A stretch of 64,000 bases of DNA from Lama guanicoe (GCA_013239625.1 MU053802.1:17363-81362), one strand, 5' to 3'. Numbered from the stretch's first letter, positions 23,751 through 37,114 are shown. The notes: a model not told the origin generated them from the letters alone. Made by a program: numbers and translations.

Positions 23751-24074
23751 AGTCCTTTGGGCTGGTTTGAAAGTCTCCTGTTCCTCTCCCACTGAATCAG
23801 TGAAATTGTAACATAGCTGTGAAGTAGTTTCTCCATGAAAATAACGTGATGGAGGTCAATTAAAAGCAAAGGTTGTGCCGAGTGCTTCTTTGTAGAAGGT
23901 GGGCGCCCAGCAGCACCGCCTGGCTCTGGCAGTCTCCCCAGCAGGCAGGGGTGCCAGGAAGCCAGCTGAGGCAGTGGGGGCCGCATACCTTTCACCTCTG
24001 CTGGGGTTTCCCTGTAGGATGTTGATTTCCCTTTGAAATTCCCTTTTTAAAGTCTCTGTTTATTTTGGGGGTTT

Positions 24075-24207
24075 TATGGTTTTTTTTTCAGGAGGTATGT
24101 AATTAGGTTTCTTTATTTTGCTTTTCGATGGAAGTCCTGGGGATTGAACCCAGGACCTTGTGCGTGCCAAGCATGTGCTCTCGCACTTTAGCTCTACCTT
24201 CTCCCCT
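24075..24207 (-). mobile_element. tRNA-derived SINE (Vic-1-like)
   Basis: 'gtaattaggttt...ctggggattgaacccaggacc'. Confidence 0.85.
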
Positions 24208-24364
24208 TAAACACTGCATTTTATTCAAATATATATTTTTAAGTACTTTGTTCCCGGAAAAAAAGGATGAAGGAACTAACCTAGAAATGAATTCCGCTTT
24301 ATTTTAAGTGTAAGAAGCAGGCAGCACCCTCGACTCCGCTCCCCAAGGTTGCTGTCTGTGCTAG

Positions 24365-24595
24365 GCCCTGTGGGAGGGCTAGTTTCCTGACTCTGAGGAC
24401 CCAGAGGTGGGGGGCTTCATGGCGGTCCTGGCTGTGGGCGGAGGCATTGACAGTTGGTTGCACCTGGAAGGACTAGTCATGCACAAGGAGTTTGGAGTAG
24501 GCACTGTGACCCCCATCACCCTGAAGGGCAGGATCACCATGCAGCTCTGTGACATGTGCACCTGTCGTGTGTGCCCCCTGAACCAACTGAAGCCA
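24365..24595 (+). pseudogene. HERC2: HERC2-like exon with nonsense codon
   Basis: ALWEG*FPDSEDPEVGGFMAVLAVGGGID...CRVCPLNQLKP; TAG at 24380-24382. Confidence 0.92.
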
Positions 24596-25406
24596 GTAGT
24601 GAACCTGTGTTCAGTTCCTGGGTGAAGTGGGAAGAACTTGATTCTGGCTGTTTATGTCTACCTTCTAGGATGCCATCCAAATTCAGGAAGTATGTCTGCC
24701 TTTCTTTTTCATCTCGTGCTCCAGTGGTGAATGGGACCTATCTCACAGGATTACATAGATTAGTAGCTCATTTGTCTTATTTTAGCCTGAAAAAGACATG
24801 AAAGGGCATTAGCTACTTAGAAGGTACTGTGGAAATATAAGTTAGTTCTCATTATTTTTAAACTGTGAATTAATAAAATTTATTTCTTATTGAACAGCTC
24901 AACTTTCAAAAAAACCCTGAAAATGATTCCCTTAAATGAGCTTTTCTTCATGTACAAGATCCATAATAATCATGTTGAGTGACATGGTTTGTGTGGCAGC
25001 TGGTGTCATGTTAAACCTGTGAATTAGGGATACATAGAGAAAGTGATTTATATTACTTTGATGTAACCCAACTAAGACCTGACCATATCTTTCAATAAAA
25101 TACTGTTTTTGATAATTACAGGAATATGTACATGTTGTAGATAATACCTAAAAATTTAGTAACCACTACCATGATGTAATTATTGCTGACACGTTGGTAA
25201 AGAAAAAAATTTAGTTTCTATTTACTGTGCATGTAAGTCTTTGTCTTGCCTCCAGTGTCATCTTTTAACATTATTTTCAGATGTAAAAAGACTTACATCT
25301 ACATGTGGTGTTTCCGAATTAAGATTTGTGGCTCTGACAGCTTCCAGAACATCCATGTGCTCTGCTCACTGGACACACATTGAAAGCTCCTGCACTCCAT
25401 CTTCAG

Positions 25407-25544
25407 CTCCCCGCCCAGCGTTCAGTGGCACCGACTTGCGCTTCACAGAGCCCATGCTCTTCGTCTGGGCTCAGTTGGTGAACCTCGCTGGCAGCAAATT
25501 GGAAAAGCACAAAATAAAGAAATGACCTAAACAGAGTTTTGCAG
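25407..25544 (+). pseudogene. HERC2: HERC2-like exon with frameshift and stop
   Basis: FTEPMLFVWAQLVNLAGSKLEKHKIKK*; TGA at 25523-25525. Confidence 0.92.
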
Positions 25545-26559
25545 GTCGGTACATACACTTGTTGATGAAAGAGAGCTACAGTTTTAACTAGAATTGTTTG
25601 AACAACGTCTTGTTTTGTCAGAGCAGGTCTGTCACTGCTGAAGTCTTTGGGTTCAGATGGACTGACCAATGGCTGAGTGACAGCGGGCATGGTGATGAGT
25701 GTGTGTGACACCAAGATGATGCCGTGGTGGAGGTGGCACCCAGAGACCCCCCAGGCCTCCCCACCTCCCAGTGCCAGCGTTTACTCTGAACACGCTTTTT
25801 GAAGAGAAGTCTGTGTTCTCTCCCTGTACATTGACCCCGCCAGCTGAGACCCCCCAGCCTAGTCGCCTTTCTTGAGTGTTGCTCTGGGTCTCATCACAGC
25901 CAGACCCAGCAGGACCTGTGTGCCTGGACCTGCCTCGCTTTGTGTCTGTGGACCGTGGCCACCTGTCTGAGACCAAGGCCGGCGCTCCTCTGGCTCTGCC
26001 TTTGGTCTGGGGTTCTGGCTTCCATTTCCCTAACGTTGCCCCTCCGGTGTCCTTTCAGAATTCTTCTCCCTGACTATTCTTTGCACATTAGAAATCCTTG
26101 TGGTTGCATCCATCACTTGTGGCTCGTTCTGCCCACTCTTCTTGAGTTTCCTCACCCATTTCTCCCAAGTCCTGTAATTCCTGCTGCAGCATTTATGATG
26201 GCTCTCCAGTTCTCATGTCTGGCTGGAGGGCCAGGTGCATGTAAACCACAGCATGTCCACAGTTCAGCTAACCTTGTCCCTTAGCCATGTTTCCTGTCAC
26301 AGTGAATAACCGTCTGCTGGGTATTAGAGCTCGGTGCCCCAGAGGCACTTCTGGCTCCTCCATGCCCTCCCGTCCCCATGTCCCCATTCCCCATGTCCCC
26401 ATGCTGCCTGCTGTGGCCTCTGGCATCTCCTGCTCTGGATGCTGCTGCTGTGACTGGCCTGGCTCTCCTTGTTGTGCCTGCGTCTTTGTGGTGGCTTCCC
26501 TGGTCTGTTCCTCAGTTGGCCCGTGGACATCACTGCAGTCATTTGATTAGTTAAGATCC

Positions 26560-27209
26560 TGTTGCCGGTAGATGTAACTGGCATGCTGGTTTTTGAACCA
26601 TTCCAGAAAGAATTCAGATGAGACACGGCAGTTAAGAAAGTAAAGTGAGGATTTACTAAGGCAAGGACAGCAGACTCTCAAGGGGAGAGTGGGTGGGCTC
26701 AGGTGAGCGGCTGTGCTGAGTTTCTTTGGCAAGTTGGTTACATAGAGTACAAATGATCGGGCAGAATATTCATTAGGAAGTGAAGGGTTTGGGGTCATAT
26801 ATCCTGGTTTCATCCCAACTCCACCTTCTCGAAGGGAGGAAGAATTTCTGTCCTTATTTAGTCTGGATTGGAAGTGTCATGGCATTGGTTCATGATGGGT
26901 ACTTGTAATCTACAAGGCCAATTTTTTGGAAATGAGGGCACAATGAGTAAATGGTTACATTGGGACACGAGATTGCTGCCTTTTCCCACCTTTCTTTGTC
27001 AGCCTTCAGGCTGCTTGTCACTCCAAAGTGTGAGAGTGCTTTTCAGCCCAGAAGTTCCTGCCTTTCTTTTCTACCCAGGGACCCCTGGTGCTTACATGAT
27101 GTAGGGTTTCCTGCATTTGGCCCCATGCCCCTCGTTTCTGCTCAGTTCTTGCCATTTGGCCCGGGTCCCCCTTTCTCTGCTCATATCTAGCTATCTGCCT
27201 GCTCTAGCA
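26560..27209 (-). mobile_element. Solo LTR (ERV1-like), 650 bp
   Basis: TG...CA termini flanked by the 4-bp target-site duplication ATCC (26556-59 and 27210-13). Strand is inferred. Confidence 0.85.
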
Positions 27210-27619
27210 ATCCTACAGAGTGCCATTATCTTTATGTTAGAGAACTGTATGTCCTGAGTATCTGACAAAATTGTGTTGTAGGAGTCTTGGCAAGAAAAGA
27301 TGAAAGTATGTTATTTATGCCATAGGTGTCTGGGTGAAATTTCAGTGACTTGGGAAACACCTGATCATACTAGCAGTAGCTAACATGGCCCTAACTGTGT
27401 TTAAACCATTGCATCCTCACCTGACTCGAGGCAGCACATGGCAGGGAAGACCTCAGGGCAGAGGAGGATGCTCACCCACAGCCCAGGGAAGGGCAAGCCC
27501 TTCATCACTGCCAGGCTTTGCAAAGTCAGATCAGTCCCTCGGGGCAGCGCCATCCCCAAGGCCGACCCTTGCTGAGGGGAGAGCCTGTTCCCTCCCTGCT
27601 GAGGCCTTTTCTCCCCCAG

Positions 27620-27750
27620 GACAAGGAAACCTGGGCCTGCTGAGGGGCCAGAGCTGACACTGTGAATCCTGAAGGCGGGCCACGTGCTGCTTTCCCACCA
27701 GGACCAGCTCAGGCGGATCCTGTCTCAGGACACAGCAGCTGCCCATGCAG
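27620..27750 (+). pseudogene. HERC2: HERC2-like exon, disrupted
   Basis: GQGNLGLLRGQ / ILKAGHVLLSHQDQLRRILSQ; AG/GT present; indels and a stop. Confidence 0.85.
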
Positions 27751-27949
27751 GTGACTTTCTAGGAGCCCATACAGACCTGTAAGAAAGGCAGCCAAGGGAC
27801 ATGTACGGGTGGCCCATAGAAGGGGAACTAGAGATGGCTTCTACATGAACAAGGAAGATGTGCCACCAAGCCAGTAACTGATGAAACACAGACCACGAGT
27901 GAGAAAGACAAAACCTGAGGGGAGAGAGGGAAACAGTGCTCTGCTGCCT

Positions 27950-28090
27950 CAATGGCCAAAGTGTGGCCCCAGAACCAGCAGCGACGGTGGCACATGGGAG
28001 CTTGTTAAAGGTGTGGGCCCCTCAGGCTGCAGCCCAGACCTAAGAAATCAGGATCTGCATTTTTAACAAGGCTCCTGGTGCACATGAATT
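27950..28090. mobile_element. MER5A-like hAT MITE remnant
   Basis: 'caaagtgtggccccagaaccagcagc...gggagcttgttaaa...ctgcatttttaacaag'. Confidence 0.7.
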
Positions 28091-29129
28091 GGGGCTCCTC
28101 TGACACTCTGCTGGGGGGAGTTAAGTTGGTACAGCCATCCACTGGGCATCTGAGGACATGCTAGACTTTAAAATGCACGTGCACACGTATGTATATCTGT
28201 ATGTCCATTGATTAGCTAGTCATCTTTTGGGAACTTCTCACATGGAAAAGCATGAAGAAATGTGTTTATAGATGCTCATTGTGGCTTTTTTGGTTGGTCT
28301 CGTTTTTATGCTGAAAACTGGAGATGCCTCAGTGCCCATCATTAGGCGGTGTACCGGAACGGTAGCATGCTGTGGTGCTGTTCACAGTGGTGGTCCATGT
28401 GTGTGCCCCTTACCATGGAAACATGAAAATGATAAAAAAAAAAGCGCATTGCTGTATATGTATATGTTTGTAGACTTGCCACAGAGAGTGAGGAGAATTT
28501 CAGCTAACTTTATTTTCTTTGTACTTTTCTGTATGGCTGTAGTTTTCTAGAATGAGCTCACATCATTTTGAATAGGAAAAAACCCAAAGCTGTGAAAAAA
28601 TTTTGGACTATCTACTGTTGAAAGACATTGTGCTAAATATTGTGGGCAACCGGACAGTCCTCATTTATGGTTTTTTACTCTTTGGAGTCAGGGTGGGGAA
28701 AGAAAATGAAGGCAGGTAGCTCTGTCCAAGGTATATGCTCATGTGCTGTGAGATGTCTCAGCACAGTTCCACACATGTCCCGGGGATGCTGGCGGCTGAC
28801 AGCTGGGGAGGGAAACCTTTGAGGGGCGAGGCAGGCCCTGGTTGTAGGGTGATGAGGAGTCCCTGTCTCCTCCTGGGGGAGGAGACGGCAGCACAGGCGT
28901 GATCAGTGAGTATTGGGTACTGAGCTTGGCAAGGAGTGCAGGGTTTATCAGTGATCGTGGGGCTAAAGCTGGAGAGGTCATTTAAGTCGTGCCCAGGGAA
29001 TTGGACTGGCTGTTCTGTGGTCACCCTGGTGAGTAGCTACAGCAACGTTGAATCAGGGTTACCATCCCATGCTCAGGGCAGAGCGAGGGCTCCAGGTGGA
29101 GCTGTCCAGCACAGGGCTTGACAGACCAC

Positions 29130-29310
29130 CACAGCCACCTGTTTCATCAAGCTTTATAGAAACACAGCCATGCCTTGTTTACATGTCATCTCTGGCCACT
29201 TTTACACTTCAGTGGCAGAGTTTGAGTGGCTGTGACAGACCCTGTGGTCACTAAGCCTAAACTGTTTACTCCCTGGCTCTTCAAAAAAATTTACAACCCC
29301 TGGACTAGAG
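29130..29310. mobile_element. MER58-like hAT MITE remnant
   Basis: 'gaaacacagccatgcc...ggcagagtttgagt...aagcctaaa...acccctgg'. Confidence 0.7.
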
Positions 29311-29734
29311 GATTAGTTGAAATTGTATCAATGGGCTCGTGGCAAAGGAGAAGTGCCAGACACCTCACCCAGAGCTCCTCAGGTGAAGACAGTAGACATC
29401 ACCCTGACCACATGACACATTGGGAATTGGTGTCAGTTTATGGTGTGAACAAGGACTGTGGCGCACACTTGGGAGTGTTCAGAGCCGGGGTTTCTGAAGC
29501 AGTGAGTGCTCACCCAGGCAGAGAAGGGACCCAAACTTGACCAAGGGCAGAAGTCTGGGAGGTCGCTTTGGTTGGCTCTAAAGAGACAGATAGAAGAACT
29601 AAAGAAGGACAGAGGCCAGAAAGCAGGGAGTGGAAAATCCTTGAAGATTTTGATTGGCTAACGCTTGATGAGGTAGAAATCATATATCTGATTTAACATG
29701 CTCAGTGCACTGTGTTTTAAAAAAAAAAAAAATT

Positions 29735-29900
29735 TCTTCTGTATAGCACAGGGAGCTATATACAATATCTTATAATAACTTTTAATGAAAAAGAATATGA
29801 AAACGAATATATGTATGTATGTATACACATGACTGGGACATTGTGCTGTACACCAGAAACTGACGCATTGTAACTGACTGTACTTCAATTAAAAAAAAAG
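29735..29900 (+). mobile_element. 5'-truncated LINE-1 3' end with poly(A)
   Basis: 'ctgtatagcacagggagctatatacaatatctt...tgctgtacaccagaaactgac...cttcaattaaaaaaaaa'. Confidence 0.9.
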
Positions 29901-29970
29901 TTAAAAAGAAATAGTAAAGATGTTTGTGGTTGAAAATGCAGTGTCATTCTTATTTTGTTTTTAAATTCAG

Positions 29971-30112
29971 ATGATGGAGCAGCTGCATCCCTTGACCTCA
30001 GTGACATGTCTCCTGAAGGCCTGCAGCCCCTAACGATCCTCTTACAGTAGTCACTGGCCTCGGCCACCCAGCCATCTCTGGTGAGGTCATAGTTGACCAA
30101 AAGGAGCTTGAG
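29971..30112 (+). pseudogene. HERC2: HERC2-like exon with stop and frameshift
   Basis: DGAAASLDLSDMSPEGLQPLTILLQ*SLASATQPS...KELE. Confidence 0.9.
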
Positions 30113-32921
30113 GTACAGTCAGTAGTAATCTTGGCAGTCTTTATCCAGCACATGAGATTGTCAACTTTGTTTTTTGGTAGATGTGTAGGTAGATTTCCTT
30201 AAGAATATGGTCTGAATTTTAAATATGTGAAAATAATTCTTGTGACTAGGTAGGTGTTAAGCATGTTTGTCATAGAACGTTACAATGCTGGTTAAAGAAT
30301 GAATGAGTTAAAGTTTAATTTCATTTTGAATTTCTGTGAATTATTTGAAAAAGTCAGCTGGATTCAGCATGCATTCATTCCTCAAGTGTTCTTGAAGGAA
30401 TCTTTTCCCAGGAAACAGTGTCCTTGAAAGAGCCCCATGAAGCCTAGGAAGATGGCACTTGCTGGTTTGTCTCACTCACGCCAAAGCCTTTCCTGAGCAT
30501 GCTCTGTTGAAGCCAGGCTCTCAGTCTACACCCTGTTTCCAAGCACGTGGTGCACTGCGTACTCGGGTGGACTGTGGGCATCTTCCCACTGACTAGGGGA
30601 CATCTGACCAGGTCTAAGCATGATGGGGACTTCCATGGTCCACTACATGGAGGACTAGATTTCTTTTTTTAAACCTTCTTGCTTGCAGTATGTCAGAAAT
30701 TCTGAACAGAACATCAAAGACAAAAATTAAACCTTGAGAGCTCAACTTGGCAGGCAGAAAACACCCTAGTAGAGATCTGCAGAGACCAAGACCCTGCATG
30801 GAGCCAGGATCCAGAGCGAGGGAGCGGCAGGTGCAGAGGGAGAAGGCAGGAAATGCTGGGCACGGGGCAGCTGGGGAGGAGGGTGCAGGGACTTCTGTGA
30901 CCCCCACCGAGTGCCAGCTGCTCCTTAGGTCTGAACACCTGAGGTGAGAGGCTGGGTTAAAGTCGCCTAAGCCCCTGCCGGGTGTTTTTTCCTGTCCTGC
31001 CCTCCTGTTCCTTTCTGAGGCTGCTGCTGTCATCTGGGGATTGCTAGTGAGTTTCTGTTTGTGTGTCTTGGTTAATCAGCTTGGTTCGCTGTACGGAGCT
31101 GTTTTAAGGGTCAGGTGTGCGGCTTCATTGGGTCTGATCTGCTTTAACCCATCCAAGGAACCCTTTATACTTTCAGATCTCATGTTTCCGTTTGGTTCCT
31201 GTGTTACAGTTTTACAGGTTTCTTGATGGTCCTCATGTCTTCACCCTTTGTGTAACTTTAAACACATTTCACCCTTGATACCTGTACATTTTTAAACATA
31301 AGTTTGATTGCTGTATTAAATTTCTTATTTGCTAATTCTGACACTTGGGCCACTCATTGGTCTGCTACTGATCAGTTTTTTCTGCTGGTCATAGTCAGTT
31401 ACTGGTTCTACTTCTACACACGTCTAAACAATGTTGCTGTGTGCTGGGTGGTTTGGATAATACGCTGTGTGGTCTCTGGGCTCTGTAATGTCCTCTGGAG
31501 AACACAGAGCTGTATTTTTGCAGACAGTTCAGTGCCTGGCAGTTTTCCTCAGTCCTTGGAGCCTTGATTCTAGACTTTTTGGTGACACTTTATTTTTGTT
31601 TTGCCATCAGTCCTGGTTCCTGGTCTCTGATTCTACGGGATTTACAATGTCTTCTTAGGTTTCAGTGGAAACCTCTACATCATGACCACCATGCTCAAAC
31701 GTGGTTGGACTGGGACCTCGTGCTGTCTCCCTAGCCCTGGGCCTGCCCACAGTTCCTTTGTGCTGGGCTCAGCTTTGTGGTCAGCCAAGGAGTCGTGGGT
31801 AGTCTGCGTGTGCACTTCGTGGTCCTCCTGCACCTCTGCTTGCTCTGGCAGGCCCCTGGCTGTGGTCCAGGAGCACCGCCCCTGTCATGGCTTGCCCCGG
31901 GCCTCCCTGTGGTCAGGGTCACACCTGTCCCTGTTTTCTCCTGGGCCTGCCTTCAAATGTTTTTTAAAAATACTCTGTCCAGATTTCACAATTATTATCA
32001 GCAGAGGCTTATTCTACTGCTTCTTACTGCCAGAACTGGAACTCCTAGCTCGATCTTGTTCTGAATTACAAGCTTTTAGGATGGAGCCTGTCACTTCTGA
32101 GTTATTCAGACTTCACAGCAAAACCCTAGGATTCTGACCCTTCCTAAGCCCTGGAAGGCTCAATGATGTCTTCTGTTTCTCCTTAATTCCTTCCTCACAT
32201 GGTCAGTTTTAAAACAAACAGCGAGTCTCAGTGCTATGTGAAGTAGAGCGGATGAGCAGGGAGTTTCAGGTGGTTCAGGGAGGGAGTGAGGCGTCCAGAG
32301 GCAGGCAGTCACCAACAGCAGGCCCCAGTGATGCGTGGATTCATCAAATCATTGCAATTTGCTTCCCAACATTCTTTAGTCCCCTTATTTTTTTATACCA
32401 TGTTTAACCCCTAGAGAGGTTGTGTTACTCCTCAGTAGGTGGGGGTTGATTTGGTTGCACATGAGGTGGCTCTGTGCTGTCTGTGACCTGTCCTACAGAT
32501 GGAAGAGAGCAGGAGACTGTGGGCACAGCTTGGTCATGGGGAAGAGAGGAGTCCCCTTCTCCTGCCTCCTCGAGCCCCCACTCTGCGTTCACTCCCTCAG
32601 CTTGTTGCCACTCAGAGCTCAGATTTCAGGGCTGTGAAATTTCCTTAATGGACATTGATACTTGGCTAAATTACTAGGTATGTTCTTTGTCTGCCAAAGA
32701 AGCTTTTTAACCATCACAGTTTTCCTCTGCATTAAACTATGAAAGTTGTCTCTGTCCTTGTTAACATGCTTTTACCCATTCATCTAAAAATGCCCAGTAG
32801 GCCTGGGTATAGAAATACACTTCTGCACTGCAGTTGGCAGTGGTCGTCTGTAATTTCTGTTTTCCTAGGCTCCTTGCTCCCCGCCAACTGATGGCCCTTG
32901 GCTCCTCTCCCATTTGCCCAG

Positions 32922-33180
32922 GCCACCGCACTGGCTGTGTGTCAGCATTTGGCTGTGGAGCCCATGCATCTGGTGAGCCCCATGTGTGAAGCCTGCAGCT
33001 CCATGACTCCTGTCCCTGTGCCGCGCGTCCACCCCATCAGAGTGAAGAAGCACCAGCCATCGCCGGGTCCTGCTCTGCCTGTTGTGATCCAGCTCATGGA
33101 AATGGGATTCCCTAGAAGGAACATTGAGTTTGCACTCAATTCACCCACAGGCACTCCTGGGAACGCTGCTGGCTTGCCAG
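32922..33180 (+). pseudogene. HERC2: HERC2-like exon (UBA-like region)
   Basis: ATALAVCQHLAVE...PALPVVIQLMEMGFPRRNIEFALNS; open, AG/GT intact. Confidence 0.93.
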
Positions 33181-33324
33181 GTACTGCGTTTTCCACAGGG
33201 GTGTTCCAGCTTAAGATGCCCATCTATTTGTTCGTAGGCCTCCCGGGAAATGCGGCCGTCAGAGGCTTGTGCTCAACTGGGCATGTTGTCCTCACCACGG
33301 GGCACCATGTGTGCCTGCTCCTGG

Positions 33325-33459
33325 GCATGGAGGCCATAGTTGGGTGGCTGTTGGACAATGCTGACGCGCAGGTCATGGATCTCTAGGATGCAGACGGGGT
33401 CTGAGGAGTGTTTAGACAAGGAGGTGGTGGAGGATGTGGATGACACGGCCTATGCTGTG
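33325..33459 (+). pseudogene. HERC2: HERC2-like exon, acceptor mutated, stop and frameshift
   Basis: MEAIVGWLLDNADAQVMDL*...EVVEDVDDTAYAV; GG instead of AG at the acceptor. Confidence 0.88.
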
Positions 33460-33665
33460 GTCAGTGCCTACCTCGTGCCATCTGTCCTGAGCTCTGATTT
33501 CCTCCACGCTGCCCCATGAGGCCCTTCTGGTTTTGCCAGGCACATGGGGAGGCTCTAATTGCTACATGGATGTTCTGTGCCTTAATTACATTTAGCTTTA
33601 AAACAGATCCTTGTTCCAACATCGAATGATGTTGGGTAGCCATGAGAGGAGATGTTATTAAAAAA

Positions 33666-33752
33666 TTTTTTTTAAATGGAGGTACTGGGGATTGAACCCA
33701 GGACCTCTAGGATGCTAAGCACGCACTCTACCTCTGAGCTATACCCTCCCTC
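33666..33752 (-). mobile_element. tRNA-derived SINE (Vic-1-like)
   Basis: Near-consensus copy; 'ttaaaaaat' on both flanks is a probable target-site duplication. Confidence 0.9.
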
Positions 33753-34032
33753 TTAAAAAATCATTATTTATATGACACATTGACTTCTGATTTGAGTGAG
33801 TTGTTTCACGGGATTGATTTGGAAGTGCCTCAGAAATTTTCTGTACTTTAAGGTTTTGAGGTTAGTTCTGCTTACTGTGCTGTTGCCATTAATCATGTAA
33901 AAATGAAGAATTTTACAGTGAAAACACAGCATAATATTTCACACTTTCTTTTTTAATGTTAGAGATTTCACATACTTCTTTAAGTAGATTTATCTGGTTC
34001 ACCATTTTTAGAAATGTGTTTCTCTTTTGTAG

Positions 34033-34132
34033 TCTACCAGTGCTGCCGTAACCGAGAGCCAGACTTAATGAAAAATCGGCTGATTTCCTGAGTAATGATG
34101 ATTATGCTGTGTATGTGATTCAGAATAATCGG
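34033..34132 (+). pseudogene. HERC2: HERC2-like exon (start of CPH domain)
   Basis: STSAAVTESQT* then, frameshifted, ADFLSNDDYAVYV. Confidence 0.92.
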
Positions 34133-34384
34133 GTGAGTAATGGTCTCAGGCTGGAGTCTGGCTTAGGTTTTCACTCAACAGATGCGTGAGCATCTCAGAA
34201 AATCAGAGACCTGGCAGAGGAGGGCATAGCAGCCAGCAGGGAGGCCTCTGTGTCTGGAGAGAGGACAGAGGAGCAGCAGATCGGGGGCCAGCACCACAGA
34301 ACAAAAGGGGGCTTGTCCGTAGTGACATGGCACAGGGTCCTGTGCTTCTCAGTCATCCCCGTTTTGGACACTTCCACAGCCTAT

Positions 34385-34498
34385 TTTTGCTTTTGAGGGG
34401 AGATGGAGGTAGTTAGGTTTGTTTATTTATTTTATTTAATGGAGACACTGGGATTGAACCCAGGACCTTGTGCATGCTAAACACACACTCTACCACTG
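34385..34498 (-). mobile_element. tRNA-derived SINE (Vic-1-like, 5' clipped)
   Basis: 'ttaatggagacactgggattgaacccaggaccttgtgcatgctaa'. Confidence 0.82.
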
Positions 34499-35444
34499 TT
34501 TATATCATTCAATGAGAATGAAAATATCATTCTCATTACCATCTAATTTTAAAAATTTACTTATGTTTTTTCAACCTTAAATCCTTCCTTTTCCTGCTTT
34601 AATTCTTTTCTAGTTAGTACACTTCAGAGATAGTCCCAGAAATCATCTCATTCTACCTGTTAATATGTTGATATGTATCCCATATAGATAAGGCTTTTAT
34701 TTTTAACATAAAGACCTTACAGTTACCTAACATTGCCTGACAGAGTAAACAGTGATTCTTCACTGTCATCTCATAGCTAATGCTTGCTCAGATTTTCCCA
34801 GTTTTCTCAAAAATGGCTTTCTATAGTAATTCCTTTGAATTTTTATACTAACAAGATCATATACCTTACATTTGGGTGATAGGCCCCTGAAGTGTTTTTA
34901 ACCTAGAATAGTTCCTCCCTCCTTTTTTCCTTTTCATGCCATTCAATTGTGCTAAACTACATCGGCCCACAGTCTTCCTCCCTCTCCTCTGTGTCTCCTG
35001 TACAGTCCGAGTGAGGGCTGCAGGGTGGTTGGGCTCAGGCTGCCCCTGAGCAGGAATGTATCGTAGGGGCCAGCACACAGCATCACTGGTCATCACCATC
35101 TATTCTTTGTTAATGTTGTTCATGTCACCTTCTAGATCCGTCACAAACTTTGTCATCCCTCCCAAATTTATTAGCTGGAGTTGAGTCCTTTAAAAAAAAC
35201 TTTCTTATGAACTCTGGTCAATATAATATAGTTCATATAGGAAAGGCAGAGTAGTGGCTGTTTTTTGTTTGCTTGCTTGCTTGCGTTACCAATTTTCAGA
35301 ATGATGAATTGGTGCCCTGGTACTTGTAAAGGTGACCAAGAACCTTTGTTTTGTCTATTATCATTATGATGAATTTATTGGCTATTATGGATTTGATGTG
35401 TTCTAGCCATTTTTCCTCTTGATCATGTGGGAACCCACTGATCT

Positions 35445-36700
35445 TTTTTTTGTTTTAATTGAAGTATAGTCAGTCTACAATGCTGTGTCAGTTTCTGGTG
35501 TGCAGCGTATTGTTTCAGTCATCCATGCACATGCATGTATTCCTTTTCACATTCTTCTCCTTTACAGGTTACTACAAGATACTGAATGTAGTTCCCTGGG
35601 CTGTACAGTAGGACCTTGTTGTTTATCTATTTTAGTATCTATACTAGTAACATTAGCATTAGTAGTTAGTATTTAGACTCCCAACTTACCCTTCCCACCC
35701 CCTTGTCACTCTGGTAACCGTTTGAGCTGTTTGTTCTTGAAATTCAGCCCTTGACATTTGCATCATTTGCAAATATTTTCTCCCATCCCGTAGGCTGTCT
35801 TCTTATTTTTGTTAGTTTCCTTTGTTGTACAAAAGCTTGTAAGTTTGATTAGGTTCCATTTGTTTATTTTTGCTTTTATTTCTATTGCTTTGGGAGACTG
35901 ACTTGGAAAACATTGCTACAATTTATGTCAGAGAATGTTTTACCTATGTTCTCTTCTGGATTTTTATGGTGTCCTCTCTTTCATTGATTTACATGCTGCT
36001 GTCCAGTTTTCCTAACACCACTTGCTGAAGACACTGTCTTTTCTCCATTGTATATTCTTGCCTCCTTTGTTGAAGATTAATTGACCCCGTAGGTCTGTGG
36101 GCTTATTTCTGGGCTCTCTGTTCTATTCCATTGATCCACATGTGTGTTTTTATTTCAGTACCACACTGTTTTGGTTACTGTAGCTCTGTAGTATTGTCTG
36201 AAGTCTGGAAGGGTTATTCCTTCAGCTTTGTTCTTTTTCTTCTGTGTTGCTTTGGCCATTGGGTCATTTGGGAGTCCATATAAAATTTAGGATTATTTGT
36301 TCTAGTTCTGTGGAAAATGTCCTGGGTAATTTGATAGGGGCAGCATTAAATCTGTAGGTTGCTTTGGATAGATAGTATGGCCATATTAACAATATTAATT
36401 TTTCCAATCCAAGAGCATAGGATATCTTTTCATTTCTTTAAATCATCTTTGATTGCCTTAATCAGTGTGTTGTAGTTCTCCACGTATAAGTCTTTCACCT
36501 CCTTTGTCAGGTTTATTCCCAAATTTTTTTTTGTCTTTGTTTTTCATGTGATTTTAAAAGAGATTTTTAAAATTTTACTTTCCTTTTCTGATATTTCATT
36601 GTTAGTATAAAGAAATGCAGCTGATTTCTGTATGTTAATCTTGTATTGTGCTACCTTGCCAAATTCATTTATCAGCTTTAGTAGTTTTTGTGTGGAGCCA
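35445..36700 (-). mobile_element. LINE-1 3' part with internal deletion
   Basis: Poly(T) and antisense 3'UTR to ~35720, then antisense ORF2; the minus ORF contains [32 protein letters not shown] (L1 ORF2 RT region). Confidence 0.93.
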
Positions 36701-36945
36701 TTAGTTTTTGAGTGCTCCCTTGCTTTATGGCACACGTGGACCTAGGCTCATGTTACGTATTTCCTCCCCCAGAGATCAAGACAGGCAGTTTATTCTAAAG
36801 AGCCCTGGTTCTATATATTGAGAAAAGATTTTGAGATCATACTGGGTGCTAGAGGAACTTTCCTTAGAAATAGAATAATGCTACTTAAAATTGATCACTC
36901 ATCTATACACTGGACTAGACTTTTTACATTTAATTTTAATTTTAG

Positions 36946-37114
36946 GTAGGAATGATGGTTAGATGCTGTTGAACAGATGAAGAAGTTTGTGAAGGAGATG
37001 TGGGCAAAATTATCAAGTTGGATAGAGATGGATTACATTGACCTCAGTGTGCAGTGTGATTGGCAGCAGAAAGGAGCACCTACTGGGTTAGGTTCATTCA
37101 CGTGGAACTTGTAG
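36946..37114 (+). pseudogene. HERC2: HERC2-like exon (CPH domain)
   Basis: VGMMVRCC*TDEEVCEGDVGKIIKLDRDGLH...QCDWQQKG...YWVRFIHVELV; stop plus compensating indels. Confidence 0.94.

Noticed and set aside
32898..33386. 162-aa ORF as a standalone UBA protein
   Set aside because: Read-through of two HERC2 pseudo-exons and the short intron between them, with a non-ATG start.
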